A stretch of 64,000 bases of DNA from the NCBI GenBank assembly GCA_965153285.1, contig OZ229111.1, one strand, 5' to 3'. Positions 25,371 through 37,900 of this stretch are shown here, piece by piece. The notes below the pieces were generated by a model. It was not told the origin of the DNA, made no database searches, and saw nothing but the letters and a program-made list of their open reading frames with translations. Every line of letters begins with the position of its first letter. Position 1 is the first letter of the stretch. The position numbers were made by a program, and so were the translations under genes. Source of the DNA: Podarcis tiliguerta. Taxonomy: Eukaryota.

Positions 25371-25427
25371 GAACTGGCGTTGGTTTGGTTCTTGAGAAAT
25401 TTGATTCAGGCCATGGGTCTACAAGGT

Positions 25428-25492
25428 CCTGCATCGCAGGGGGGTGGAACAAGATTATCTGTTTGGGTCTCTTCCAACTCTACAATTCTGTG
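25428..25492 (+). mobile_element. Degraded CR1 3' end
   Basis: Similar to 2512..2581 (gtctcttccaactctacaattctg). Confidence 0.6.
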
Positions 25493-25857
25493 TCTCTTAA
25501 GTCATCGAAGGGCAACGCGCCGCTCTAGGTTGCAGGTGACACTTGTTCACTGCCAGGGCAGGAGTTTCAGTGCGGAAGCTATTTGAAAAGGAGCAGATTG
25601 ATGTAGAAGCAACTGCAGGCAGGATGAGATCCCCACGACTGATCACAGGGCACATAACGAATACCACCCTGTTGTGTTTACAGGTGCACCTTGCAGAAAG
25701 CAGACATTCGTGCACCAGAAGAATGGGCTCCTCCAGATCACCAAAACTCTTTTAGGCTCTGAGGTATATGAGTGTAAACTAATCCCGATAGCTATGTCCC
25801 ACCTCTACTGTTGGAAGCAGTTTGCCTTGAGTACAAGTGGCCGGGAATCACAAGCGG

Positions 25858-26496
25858 CAGGGCCGGATTTAGGTTTGATGAGGCCCTAAGCTACTGAAGG
25901 TAATGGGGCCCTTTATATGTCCCGCTGTCCTCTGTCAACAACAAATTGCCGCTGTATTTTGTGTTGAATATGAGAAGAGAAGACTCCCTGGAAAAGATCT
26001 TGATGTTGGGAAAGATGGAGGGCACAAGGAGAAGGGGACGACAGAGGACGAGATGGTTGGATAGTGTCTTTGAAGCTACCAGCATGTGTTTGACCAAACT
26101 GTGGGAGGCAGTGGAAGACAGGAGTGCCTGGCGTGCTCTGGTCCAGGGGGTCACGAAGAGTCGGACACAACTAAACAACAACAACAAAATATGCTATATG
26201 GTAATTTATGGACTTAATAGGTATCTAAGCCATTTGCACACGCAGAATGTAGGCACCCTATATATAGAAATGAGTAAACCAGTGATATTTTAGGGAGCAG
26301 GTTAGCAGGCGGGGCCCATTACTTACATCATAGGAGCCTACACAACACAAAACACTGTTGCAATGTTTTATTTGCTTTTGTCTTATATTTTGGAAATATA
26401 GATCCAGTGTTTTTTTCCTTTAAATTTTTTTGGGGCCCCCAAGAGAGTGGGGCCCTGAGCTATAGCTTGTTTAGCTTATACATAAATCCGGCACTG
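25858..26496. mobile_element. Non-autonomous hAT element carrying a BovB insertion
   Basis: TIR cagggccggattta / taaatccggcactg; 8-bp TSD acaagcgg/acaagcag. Confidence 0.85.
25969..26187 (+). mobile_element. RTE-BovB LINE 3' fragment
   Basis: MRREDSLEKILMLGKMEGTRRRGRQRTRWLD...GVTKSRTQL plus (CAA)n tail; aatatg on both sides. Confidence 0.92.
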
Positions 26497-27078
26497 ACAA
26501 GCAGTGAAGTGCTGTTGTACTTTATATCAGATTTTTTTTATAATGCATACATCTTTTAAAATGCAATTTCCCCTAAAATGCATATTTTTGCAAGCACTTT
26601 CCCTTTTAATTTATTTACTAATATATGCATTTATGTATACTTTGTTTATTCATTGCATTTACAGGCACCCCCCCCCCACTTACACAAGATTATGTTCCAG
26701 GGATCCCGTGTGCATAAGCACCTTCTAAACACCCTGGGACTTGTTAAAGGGTAAAAGAGTATTGGGAAACGATCCATAATGAATTGCCCTCACTGACATC
26801 CCCTTTGGGCTCTGGAGTCTTCTTGTGAGCTATGAGGACTCTCCAGCTCTGTCCCACCATTTCCAGGTTGGAATCAAATTATTTATTTATTTCCTGGCAC
26901 CAGGCATATATGGGGTCGCTCATAAGTGTGGGGAGGGGAATGCCTTTGTGCCAAGGTAGTTCACAGCTTTAAATTTGCTTTTCCCTAGCAAATAGAGCGG
27001 TGGCAGACCTGAGTGACAACTTTCTCACTCCTGTCCACTGCAGAGACTTACATTCATTAAATTAAATGTAGAAGCCCT

Positions 27079-27103
27079 TGATTGATTGATTGATTGATTG
27101 ATT
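27079..27103. repeat. (TTGA)n microsatellite
   Basis: Read directly. Confidence 0.9.
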
Positions 27104-27498
27104 ACAGTGGTACCTTGGTTCTCAAACTTAATCCATTCTGAAAGTCCGTTCCGAAACCAAGGCATTCCAAAACCAAGGTGTGCTTTCCCATAGAAAGTAA
27201 TGCAAAACGGAATAATCCAGACTTTTAAAAAGAACCCCTAAAACAGCCGTTTAACATGAATTTTACCATCTAATTCATAAAATGAAAGCAATAGACAATG
27301 TTCTGCAGTCACACAATCAATCAACCCAGTAGCTGAACTGGGTTCCACACAGTCACAAAATCAAAACAAAAAAGAGCCGCAAAAACAAAAACTCAAAATA
27401 AACAGTAAAGCCAGACAGACCTCAGCGTAACATCCAAAACGGAAGTGTGGCACTCAAAACGGAGCATGTTTGGCTTCTGAAAAAGTTCGCAAACCGGA

Positions 27499-28219
27499 TG
27501 TGATGTTAACGTATGAGAGTGCTGGAGGTGAAATAGTTAAACAAGTTACCCAATCAGAACCCAGGGGGGTGGAGTGAGAGGGACTATAAAACCAGCTCTG
27601 GGAGGGGTGAAGGGAGAGTTCGTTGGGAGTTGGGTGGTTGGCTGGAGTGGGAGTGAATTGGGATAGAGTCTGTGGGTAGGTTGAGTTAGTGTAGCGAAAC
27701 ACAGTGGTACCTCAGGTTAAGAACTTAATTCATTCCGGAGGTCCGTTCTTAACCTGAAACTGTTCTTAACCTGAAGCACCACTTTAGCTAATGGGGCCTG
27801 CTGCTGCTGCTGGAGCACGATTTCTGTTCTCATCTTGAAGCAAAGTTCTTAACCCGAGGTAATATTTCTGGGTGAGTGGAGTCTGTAACCTGAAGCATAT
27901 GTAACCTGAGGTGCCACTGTAAGTTGAGTCTGGAACAGTTAGGAGCTAGGAAGACAAGTAAATATCTGAGAGGTGGTTTAGTGAGTGAGAGCAGGTAGCA
28001 GAAGTTATAGGCACCCTATGATTGTAATTGACCGATACCGTTTATGAAACCACACGCTTGTTAAACTGCAATAAATAAACAGAAGTTTATGTTCCAATTT
28101 AAACCTGACTGGACTCAGTATTGTACCAGGTAGGGCCTGGGTGGTGGCAGCGAGAATAAAGTGTTGGCACAGGGATCAATAGATGGTGAAACATCCGGGG
28201 ACCCTGTGTGATCGCCACA
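27499..28219 (+). mobile_element. Solo LTR nested in the MITE
   Basis: TGTG...CACA termini; 5-bp TSD ccgga/ctgga; TATA-like ctataaaa at ~27584; AATAAA at ~28070 and ~28155. Confidence 0.8.
27702..27919. mobile_element. Tc1/mariner MITE family A nested inside the LTR
   Basis: cagtggtacctcaggtta / taacctgaggtgccactg; near-identical to 54487..54723. Confidence 0.88.
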
Positions 28220-29146
28220 CTGGAGCACTTACTTCTGGGTTTGCAGTGTTTGGGTTCCAAGTTGTTTGAGTACCAGGGTGTTTGAGAACCAAGGTACCAC
28301 TGTATTTAATTTCTATAGCACTTCATTTATTAAGTGGTGTACAGAAACTGCCATGGTTTTAAAAGAGAAACAGGGTGGTTGGCATTCGCCTGCCTCGGGA
28401 GACAATGGAAAAGGGCATCTGGAGGGGTGAAGTCAAACCGCTGGAGAGTTACACGCCTGCAAACTGCAATAAGTCGTAGATGAGAAGTGTTGTGAAAGTC
28501 TCAGCATTTGGGAAGTGATCGTGTAGTCCAGGGATCACAAACCTTTTTAGGCCAATGATAACATTTGGATTTTTGAATGAGTGACGTGGGGGGGCTGCCC
28601 TCTCTGCCCACAGAGAGGCATAAAAACGCAAAGTGTGCACAAACAATTCTCTTTTCCAAGACATGAAAGACAAACTTTTGTTGTACCCTAGTACTATAAT
28701 AATATGGCTGCAGTCCTAACGCAAGCTTACCTTAGAGTAACATCTACAGATCGTAATGGAAGGAACTGCTAAGTAAACATGCACAGACCTTGGGCTGCAT
28801 GTCTAACGATCCACCTGCCAATCTGTTCTTGCTCTTTTGATAGCATCCAATGGCAAAGTGTGGCTTTCTCAAATGAAAAGTCCTCTTCAGGAAATATAAT
28901 CCAACCGGCACTGTAATGATTTACTTCCCTGGCTCTTGACTTGTTCCAGAATTTTGTGATCGGCGAAATGGATGAAAATAGCTATCAGGGAACAGCAAAG
29001 TCTATCAAACATATGGTGGAGTTTGTACATAGATATAATTCCTTAGTTCTTCCAGATTCAAAATTAATAGTTCTATCTATTATTTAGCTAACCAAACACA
29101 GTGGACATTTTAAAAAAATGCAAATTGTGAAAATCACAAGTGTAAC

Positions 29147-29165
29147 TGTCCACAAGATGGAGCTG
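29147..29165 (+). promoter_or_regulatory. Candidate CTCF binding site
   Basis: TGTCCACAAGATGGAGCTG is close to the CTCF core consensus CCASYAGRKGGCRS; outside any repeat I recognised. Confidence 0.5.
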
Positions 29166-32009
29166 TTCTTCTGCACTAGAGACTCCATTCAACTGCATGA
29201 GGTCTTTTCACCAATCTAAACACACAACAGTGTACATTCAAAAATAAAGCTCTAGCAGCTTTATTATTCCAAATGAGCTGTGACAGTAAAGGAGAAAAAC
29301 TCCTCTCACATTCAGCAACAAGACTGGTGTATATATATATTTTAAATGTAAATATTATAGCAGATGTCTAATTGCAATGCATGATCAGGGTCAAGGATTA
29401 TGTGTCGATCTTTTTTTTTGTTAAGGCTGTTGGGAATTGTAGCTCTGTTAGAGGTAAGCTGTAGTTCTTTATAGTGCTTTAAATGGACGGTGTGTATGCA
29501 GCCTTACTGACAAGTGTGCGTACTATTTCAATAATTCCCCTACCTGCAATCTGATGATGTTTTGTATGAGCATTAAAATCTGTACTTAAAAGACATAGGA
29601 GACTGCAGCTAGCTGGTGGGTGGTAGGCCTCTTCTTTAAATAAGAGCTGGGGATAGTTATTCTTGTGGGAGGGAAGAGGAATCTGCACATTGCCACCTTT
29701 CAAACCTCCAAAAGTTGTGCCCACAGCCTGCTGTTTGTAATCTTGGCCCTGAAATGTTAGTCTGAGACACCAGCATTGAACTACCCCATTCATTGTCCTA
29801 GCCAGTTTTAAAATGCAGAGGCTTTGTGGTGGGCTGTGTATTCCTGTATATGTTAGTGTGAATACTTGACCTGTCTTTTCCCTGCAGTATGGGAACCAAA
29901 GTGCTGCTTTTCTGGAATACAGAGGAAAATGGAGTTGATGTCTCCTTTATTTTACTTTGATTGTTCTTGACTGCTCTGGCCCAGAAGCAAAACTGTGATG
30001 AGCAAGGCAGTTTCTGTGGAAGTTTCCAACCTGACTGAAAACTGGATGGATGAGAAATTTGATGAGATTCCCAGTACCCCTGTAGAAGAGCTTCACATGA
30101 GGGATTAATTTTGGGAGCGTCTCTGAATTAACCTTATGAGCATTTCCCAATCACTAATCACAAGTGAAGAGAATCTTCTCAATTGGTTGAATGATGGATG
30201 GATCGGCAGTTTTGGCTTAGGTTTCATATATTCCAAACGCAGTTCCACTTAGAAAATAGCTTTAACATAGCACTCAAAAGAAGCTTAAATTGCTCGATGG
30301 TGCAAAAACTGAACCTGTTACTGGACCAGATCCAGAACTCCTTTTGCTCAAATGGATTTAAGCATCTGAAATGTCTTGCTTCAATTAGTTGGTTATACCA
30401 GCATAAATGCAATTCTCAGAGACAACTTACATTACTGGGCTACACTCTGTACTCATTTGCCTGGGAGTAAGCTCCATTGAACATAGTAGGACTTACTTCT
30501 GAGTAGATATGGATAGAAACCTTGTCCCTGTATCATCAACCTCTGCTGGAGATCCTGGCAATATAATGTGAGACATTTTATAAAAAGCTCTAAAAGTATA
30601 TTAGTCAGTTCATTCACTGCCTCATCTTCTGATGTAATATAAGTGTCGTTATCTCTCAGCCATGTTCTTTTGCATTCTCCATAGGACAGGCCGTGGAAAG
30701 TGAATGGACACACATCTGACCTCTGAAACGGCTCTGAGCATACTTCAATTTCCCATAACATACTGCCACTGATTTTAGGATGGCCGTACTCGAACAAAGG
30801 AATTTCAAAGGCAGCCTGCAGGGTGAAGCTGTCAAATTATAATTCATCAAGATGTTCAGTTCTATTAACTTGGGTCTTAATAAGGACAATGGGTTGTAAG
30901 CAGCAAAGCTTTATTCAGAAGAGACCCACTGACATTAACAAACTTAAGTTAATTTTAATGGGTCTACTCTGTGCATGACTAACACTGGATGCAACCCATA
31001 GGCTTCTCTTTTTACTACAAATGTTAATCAACTCAACATCTGGCAAGTAGGTTGTTCTATCACATTATCACTGCCAATGTTAAGGGTCACTTAGAATTTT
31101 TTGCCTATGTTCTTGCTCTAACTAAATTGTCACTATAAAAACACAAGGACTCCTTCTAGGCCTTGACCTCTGCACTCTTTGTAGGTAGCCGCTATCCCTG
31201 CCAAGATAATCAGCAACAAAGGCCTGGTGCTAATGTGCTTGTCTGTCCTCATTTCCTTAGCTGGCAGTTTCAAGTCAGAAGGGGCTGACCGACACTGTAA
31301 AAAATAAATAGGCCTCAAATGGTGGAGTGCCAAAGTTGTGAAAAAATTGACTGATGTAGTGGTCTATGTCAACTATGGTTTATCTCTTTCCATACCACTT
31401 GACACCTGAGGACTATGGCCTCTATGACAACAAGCCTAAGAAGGGCAACCAAAAACATGTGCAGGAGATATTCTGTTCACCAGGAGGCAAAAAAGTCCAG
31501 TCCATGTAGACAGCAGATCTTAGGTTACTTTCAAAATCAAATCCAACAAAGTCATTGCGTGGGTAGAATGACTTCCACTTGCTCTATGGAGTATCATCTC
31601 CCTCTCCTCCCTCTATACCCTTGATCCCTCCACTAAAAACAAAACAAAAAACTCCGCTCTGGAGGGATGGGGAAAAGCTCAAAGCAGGGGGAATCTGCAG
31701 AGAGATGAGCAGAGTAGAAGGGTAAATTCATTGCCTGAGCAGGTGTTTCACTTGTGCAATTACTTCATTGGATACAACCCACGGACTTGAATATTCCATC
31801 TTTTGTTCGCTTCTGGAATTCATCTAGAGTGCCCTCTTAAGGATTGCCGAAATGGACTAAGCACAGCATCGGAAAGGAAAACAACAGAGGGCACAGATTT
31901 GTGCAGAATTTGCACATGCTAATACAGGTGGAAATGCAAATTTGGGAAATAATCACCATAAACAAAAACTCGTGCATCTTGCCACACTGGGAAAGACTGT
32001 GACCAGATG

Positions 32010-32067
32010 AGACTTGTGCGCCTGCTCAATCTGCTGCCCAGACTTGTGTGCCTGCTCAATCTGCTGC
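32010..32067. repeat. Tandem duplication, 30-bp unit x2
   Basis: agacttgtg(c/t)gcctgctcaatctgctgc occurs twice. Confidence 0.9.
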
Positions 32068-32456
32068 TGTTGACTTCAAGGCCGCCCCCCATTTGCCCAT
32101 ATCATAGATCTTGGCCCAGCAGCTCTTCAGACAGAAGACTTCTTCACACAGAGTATTGTTCCCTATAAAGGAGCACCACTGGCCACTCTACAAGCATCAT
32201 GCACTGAAAATGCATTTGATGCATTCAGATAGGTGCACACACAACAGCACAAGTACCCATTTACAACTGGGCCTAAACTGGACATTCATGCTCATCCCCT
32301 GATAGGAGCGATTTTTGTTATAGCAGATATGTGCTTTAATGTTCAGCAGTAGGATTGGATGCGAGCAACCCGGTATGTGTTCCTATTTGCATCCACATGG
32401 TGCCCCATCCAGCTAGAGGTGGAGGGAAGCCTCTGCTTCCATATTCATAGGCCCAT

Positions 32457-32524
32457 GAGTTAGATCCGAGTTCAGACATTTATTTTTCTTGAGTTAGATC
32501 CGAGTTCAGACATTTATTTTTCTT
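32457..32524. repeat. Perfect tandem duplication, 34-bp unit x2
   Basis: gagttagatccgagttcagacatttatttttctt occurs twice. Confidence 0.95.
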
Positions 32525-32762
32525 GACTCAGAAGCATTTGAAGGTTGGGGAAAGGGGAAAATAAAATGATATCATGGGGGATCTAAATGAAAGAGGCCAC
32601 ACATTTCTTCTCACCTGACCTTCATTATTTCCTACAATATTGGGGGGGGGGTATAATTCCCATCTTCCACCACCACAGTTCATGTGAACGAACAACTGCT
32701 TTCAAATGCTTAACAATAAAAAAAGTACCTATGAAACCTTTAGTGCTGCAGTCAGACTATTC

Positions 32763-32788
32763 AGAGAGAGAGAGAGAGAGAGAGAGAG
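32763..32788. repeat. (AG)n microsatellite
   Basis: Read directly. Confidence 0.95.
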
Positions 32789-34702
32789 TGTTGTAGGGTG
32801 CATTCAGACACGGGGGGAATCTTGCCTTAGTTTTCCTGATTACAATGACAGCACTTCTGTCCCTTTTGCTAATATTCCTTTCACACTGCAGTACTTGTTG
32901 CATTATGGAACTGTGGCTTTTTAACCGATACACTAGAATGTTGTGCTATATTTCATCCACACAGCAACAAATGTCATTGTACAATGCCACTACTCCCCCC
33001 CCCCTTTTCCACACATGTGTGCTTCTGTTCCCTCATGATTTCCCCCCATCGGAACAGCAGGAAAGAGATGTATGCCGATATACCACCTCAAATTCCATTA
33101 CTTTAGTCCCATGATTTTCCAGGTTAAAGTGGGTGCATAAGGTGTTTTTTCTCTTCTGGAATCAAATAACACAGAAATGAGCTCTAAACATGTCTTATAT
33201 TCCACTCAGAAGTGGGTTTTGTGTCACAAGGAAGCTCAAATATAATGTAGAAATTAAATTAGGGGAACATCAGAGAAATGGAATAAACTGCCATTTGAAT
33301 GCAGCCTTATCTAATCTAATCTATCTTCAGAGAGAAAGAGAGAGTGTAATCTGTCTTTTTTTTCTACAGATTCAGTCCAATTATGATAAACCATCTCCCT
33401 TTAAATAGAAGGTATTTTCTTGCCTTTTTTAATACTTCAGGCATGTTTCTCTCTGTAACAGCTCAGCATGTGGGGAGAATAGGCAGGGATGGTATCCTTT
33501 GCTCAAGAGAATGGTAACAGGATACCACACAGTGCCTTTTCACCTCTAGGTCACCAATCTGATTCCAAATCGGCACAGCGGTGAATGAAAGCTGTTACCA
33601 TCTGCTGTCTTAACTGCCGGTAGCTGATGTGGAATAGATTGCCAGTTGGCACATCTTGAGTTTGAGGAGGAATTCTCAAAACCTGGGTGGTGCGGCGGGC
33701 TGGTGAGAGTCACAGACAGACCAAGGAGGCCCAGGGTATCCTGGGACACCAGATGTGCACAGGGCAAGCTAGTCCCAATGAGAATGAAGGATTGTGGGGT
33801 ATGGTCCCTTGGCGCAACTTGGGCAGGATGGTTGTGTTTGAGGGCTGCCTGTCAGCATGTCAGGCGTGAAGCTGTGCACCACTGATGTGCCATATTGTTC
33901 GTTCAGCGAGGCCTTTCCTTTCTCTTGTAGCATGATTAAAGCAAATAAACCAAAGCTCCTGATTATGTGTATATATCAAACATGGTAAAATAAGAAATAC
34001 AGATGTAAACAAAACAAAACAAAACAAAAAAACCCTTTAAATAGCCCTGTGTATATTAAAAGGATCCTGTCCATTTGTCAGATGGTTAGTTGTATGGCAT
34101 CTATTCCTCAGGGTCTTGTCTTTTTCGGTCTGCATTCGATTGGTTCCCTGGGTTTAATAAAGCTCATATAGCAGCCATTGTATCGTCAGAGCTGAAAGAC
34201 TAAAATCAGTATGCAATTTGCCTCCCAAGGTTTTGAGCCTGCTTTATTATAACTGACAGGTCAGCCAGCACTTTGAGGTACGAAACCCACACATGTTTGG
34301 CACACGTTTTCCTGCAGGAGGTTCCTGCAAGTGATGACAGACAGTACTAAATAGCTTCAGACCCAAATTCGTTGCATTTGCTCCACTGGAGCCTCACCCG
34401 AAAGCTGCTGCATTGGGCAATTTACAATCGCCTCAGGACAGTCTCATCATTTACCTCACCCGGTCTGGGTGGCAAATGCCCACCTATGGTTAAGAAACAA
34501 AACAAAAGCAAGCCATTTAGCTTTCTGTGGTCACAAAGTGCTGCAGAAAAGCAGGGACTGTGCCAGACCCAGTAAGCAGGTCCCTTGTTTTCATCTTTTG
34601 TAGTGGGGTGAAAAACTTGTATCTAACTGTGTAAAGTCTCTTTACACAGCAGAGCTGATGGAGGTTATCTTCAGACAGTTTCCCACCCTGCTTTAGCATA
34701 TA

Positions 34703-34930
34703 CAGTGATACCTTGGTTTAAGAACTTAATCCGTTCTTAAACCGAAACCGTTCTTAAACCGAGGTGTGCTTTCCCTAATGAGGTCTCCTGCCGCCAGTGC
34801 CCTTCCACCATTTGGATTCCATTCCTAGACTGAGGTAAAGTTCGCAAACTGGGACATGACTTCTGGTTTTGTGGAATTCATAAACCGAATAGTTCGTAAA
34901 CAGGGCTGTTCTTAAACCGAGGTACCACTG
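34703..34930. mobile_element. Tc1/mariner MITE, family B
   Basis: cagtgataccttggtttaagaac / gttcttaaaccgaggtaccactg; TA flanks; sister copy at 48938. Confidence 0.88.
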
Positions 34931-37900
34931 TATCTAATATCTTCAAGGCTAACCATAATAATTAACCCCCTTCTCCCTTTATGTTACTATGTTTCAAAGG
35001 GTTAGAATTGTTTTAAAAGCTAGTACCTGTCAAAGTTTAAGATTAAAAATATGTGTTTTCTACATTTAGCAACATTTGGCTTGCAGTCCTGTACACTCTT
35101 ACCTTGAAAACAGTACACTTTAAGATACGATACAGAGTACTACTGTATATAGTACTTATATACACAGAAATATACTGTGTTATTCAATACAGAATAAGTT
35201 CAGTTAAACTCAGTGGAGCTTTCCTCTAAGCGTCCATGTAGCACTGCCAATCTTACTAATGGATAAAGAGTTTTTAAAAACCGTATCTCTTCCGTCTCAT
35301 TATCCTTGTACAATGATGGATATATAGGAAAGGACCAATAGAATGGTCAACATTAATTACAAGATAGATACTGTTTCCTGGGAGGCCCTAACTGGTTAAA
35401 AGTCAAAACTGATAAACTTGAAAAGTCTCTTTCAAAGGCTGTCCTTATCTTTTGTTGTCTGTAGCTTCAAACCATGTTTTCAACACCAGCATTACAAATG
35501 TCCATTACATGTGTTTCATCCGGTGATTACATGGTGACATCTTTGGTTAAAGTGGGTTACCCTGCTCTGTCTGTTTTAGAGCTGATGGGTGCTTATACAA
35601 CTCTGTCATCAAAAGCTTTTCCATCTTTCCAGAATAAATATGCCTCGCTAAAAGAAGACACGGCAGCAGAATCCCTTTTTGGTGACAAATCATTTGGTGC
35701 ATTCATAACAACGAACTTGTTCTTAATTACTTAACAAAATTCAGCTTTTTACTGCAGCAAATAATTGGTGGAGCCATCAAACTTATTCTCACAAATTGAT
35801 GTACCTTGGCTGGTTTTGTTTGCTAATACTAAAAGTAAACCCCAAATCATAAAACTGGATTTGATTTACTTGCAGTCGTTGTTGTTACCACTCCTGCTGC
35901 TATTTTATTTTGATGATACCTTTGATACATTCAGTATGACACATTTCCCCTTATTCATGATCACTGGAGATTTCGGATATATGTGCTCAATAGGTCTCAC
36001 ACCCTGATCTAACTGCATCTGATTTGGATAAAGAGCATTCTGGCCATTTCCAGTAATATGATTTATCCAAATATGAACAGTCCCACAAGTCCAAGAAATA
36101 GTAATACTTTTGCCAGGTCTACATTGAATAGTTTCATTTCTCTAGCCCCAAACCATTTTCCTTTCAGTTCATGCCTTTGAACAGCAGGAGGCAGTGTGAA
36201 ATTCGACTTGGATGTCAATTCTGAGTAGAATGTGTGGAAAATTTTAAAAAACAGATTTGAATGTTCAGGTTCTGTTCAGTTAATGGAACTTAATGCCGGG
36301 TTTAGGACTGCAGGCTAGGGTAATTAAATAAATTTAAAATACCTAATTTTAGGGAGTTTAGGTGGGTGTTCTAAACAGCCCATCTGAAGCTGTATGATCC
36401 AGGCACACATTTATCATTTCAGTTAGAAGTAGGCTTAAGGTACTCATTACTGATGAAAGTGTGGACTTCACATCAGTAATTCAAATTCTTGCTGAGTTCA
36501 TTGGGTGGCCTTGGGCAGACATTTCTCTCAGCTTAACCCATCAGCAGTCTAACCGATGCCTTGAGCTCAATTAAGGAAGGGCAAGATACATTAACCATAA
36601 GAAATGAACAAAAAATGAGCTATTAGGGAAATACATGTCTTTTGGGACAACTTTTGTGTATACTAACCAAGTGCAATCATCACATAAACCTCAACTATAC
36701 TGCACCACCGACCATGTGAAGTAGTAAAAATCAATAGTTGGGACTTGTATACCCACCATTTTGACACCACTGGCATGTGGGACATGTTTTAGTGCCACTG
36801 AAATGATGCTGCAATTCTCAGAGATAGTGAATGTGGGGATAATGATACTATCCTTCTACCCATGTGTGAGGCTGTGAGATGCCTTTTCTCTAAACAGGCA
36901 TCTTTATCATATGAACAACAAGCATGGGCCCATTCCATGTGATCCTCAGAACCAAGCCTTGCTAGATTAGGTTGAGAAATGGCAGCATGCCCAAGACCAC
37001 CCACAAAACAAGGCTCAGGTCTCTCAATTCAGATTCAGCTCTCTGCTCACTACATCATGGGGCTGCATGATGTAGTGGAAAATTGAGCTCTACGGAGGCA
37101 GATCAATGGAAACACTGTGATGGGACGCATGCTCCTCTAATGAGTTCTTAAGACAGGAAGGGCAGTGAGTGTCAGATCAAGAGTCCACTGTCCAGCTTTC
37201 CAATAGAGCAACGCAAGGGCAGCTTATCAGCAGTTGGCAAACATGTCACCATAAATCTTATGAGGAGAAGCCTATTGAAGTGAGCAGTTCCTGGCCTACA
37301 GCATAGCTATTTAGGTTCAGTACAAGTTTCTTAGCAGGCATCCATCATTCTCTTGTGCAGCACTTGAACATGGGGAATTAGGAAACAGTTGGGACAGGAT
37401 TCCTGTAGAAAAAGAATCAGTTCGATCGCTTGGGCCCTGTCTGTTAGAGTTGTTCAGTGGAATCCCAGATCTGGACCTTTACTTTTGCCAGAATAAAACC
37501 TTGTTGCCTATCACAGGATTTTAAATACAATGCATTCAGGCACATCATTTTATGTACATTAAACTTATAAATTTAACACAGTCCAGCTAAAGTTAAGTGT
37601 GGCAAGTCACATTGAAAGCAAGGAGACTGAGACTAAGCTGACCACCATTTTGGATGTCTTTAAAAGAGGATTGGACAAATTTATGGAGGATAAGGCTGTC
37701 AGTGGCTACCACCCACTGTCAGAAGCAGCATACCTCTGAACACCAGTTGCTGGAAACCTCAGGAGGGGAGAGTCTTGGTTGTGGGTTTCCCATAGGTATC
37801 TGGTTGGCCACTGTGAGAACAGGATGCTGGACTAGGTGGGCCACTGACTGGACCCATAATGCCATAATTCAGATAGAGAAAGGCAACAGGTTTTACATAG

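Larger units (their letters stand above)
27105..28302. mobile_element. Outer Tc1/mariner MITE, split by a solo LTR
   Basis: TIR cagtggtaccttggttctcaaac / gtttgagaaccaaggtaccactg; TA flanks. Confidence 0.88.
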
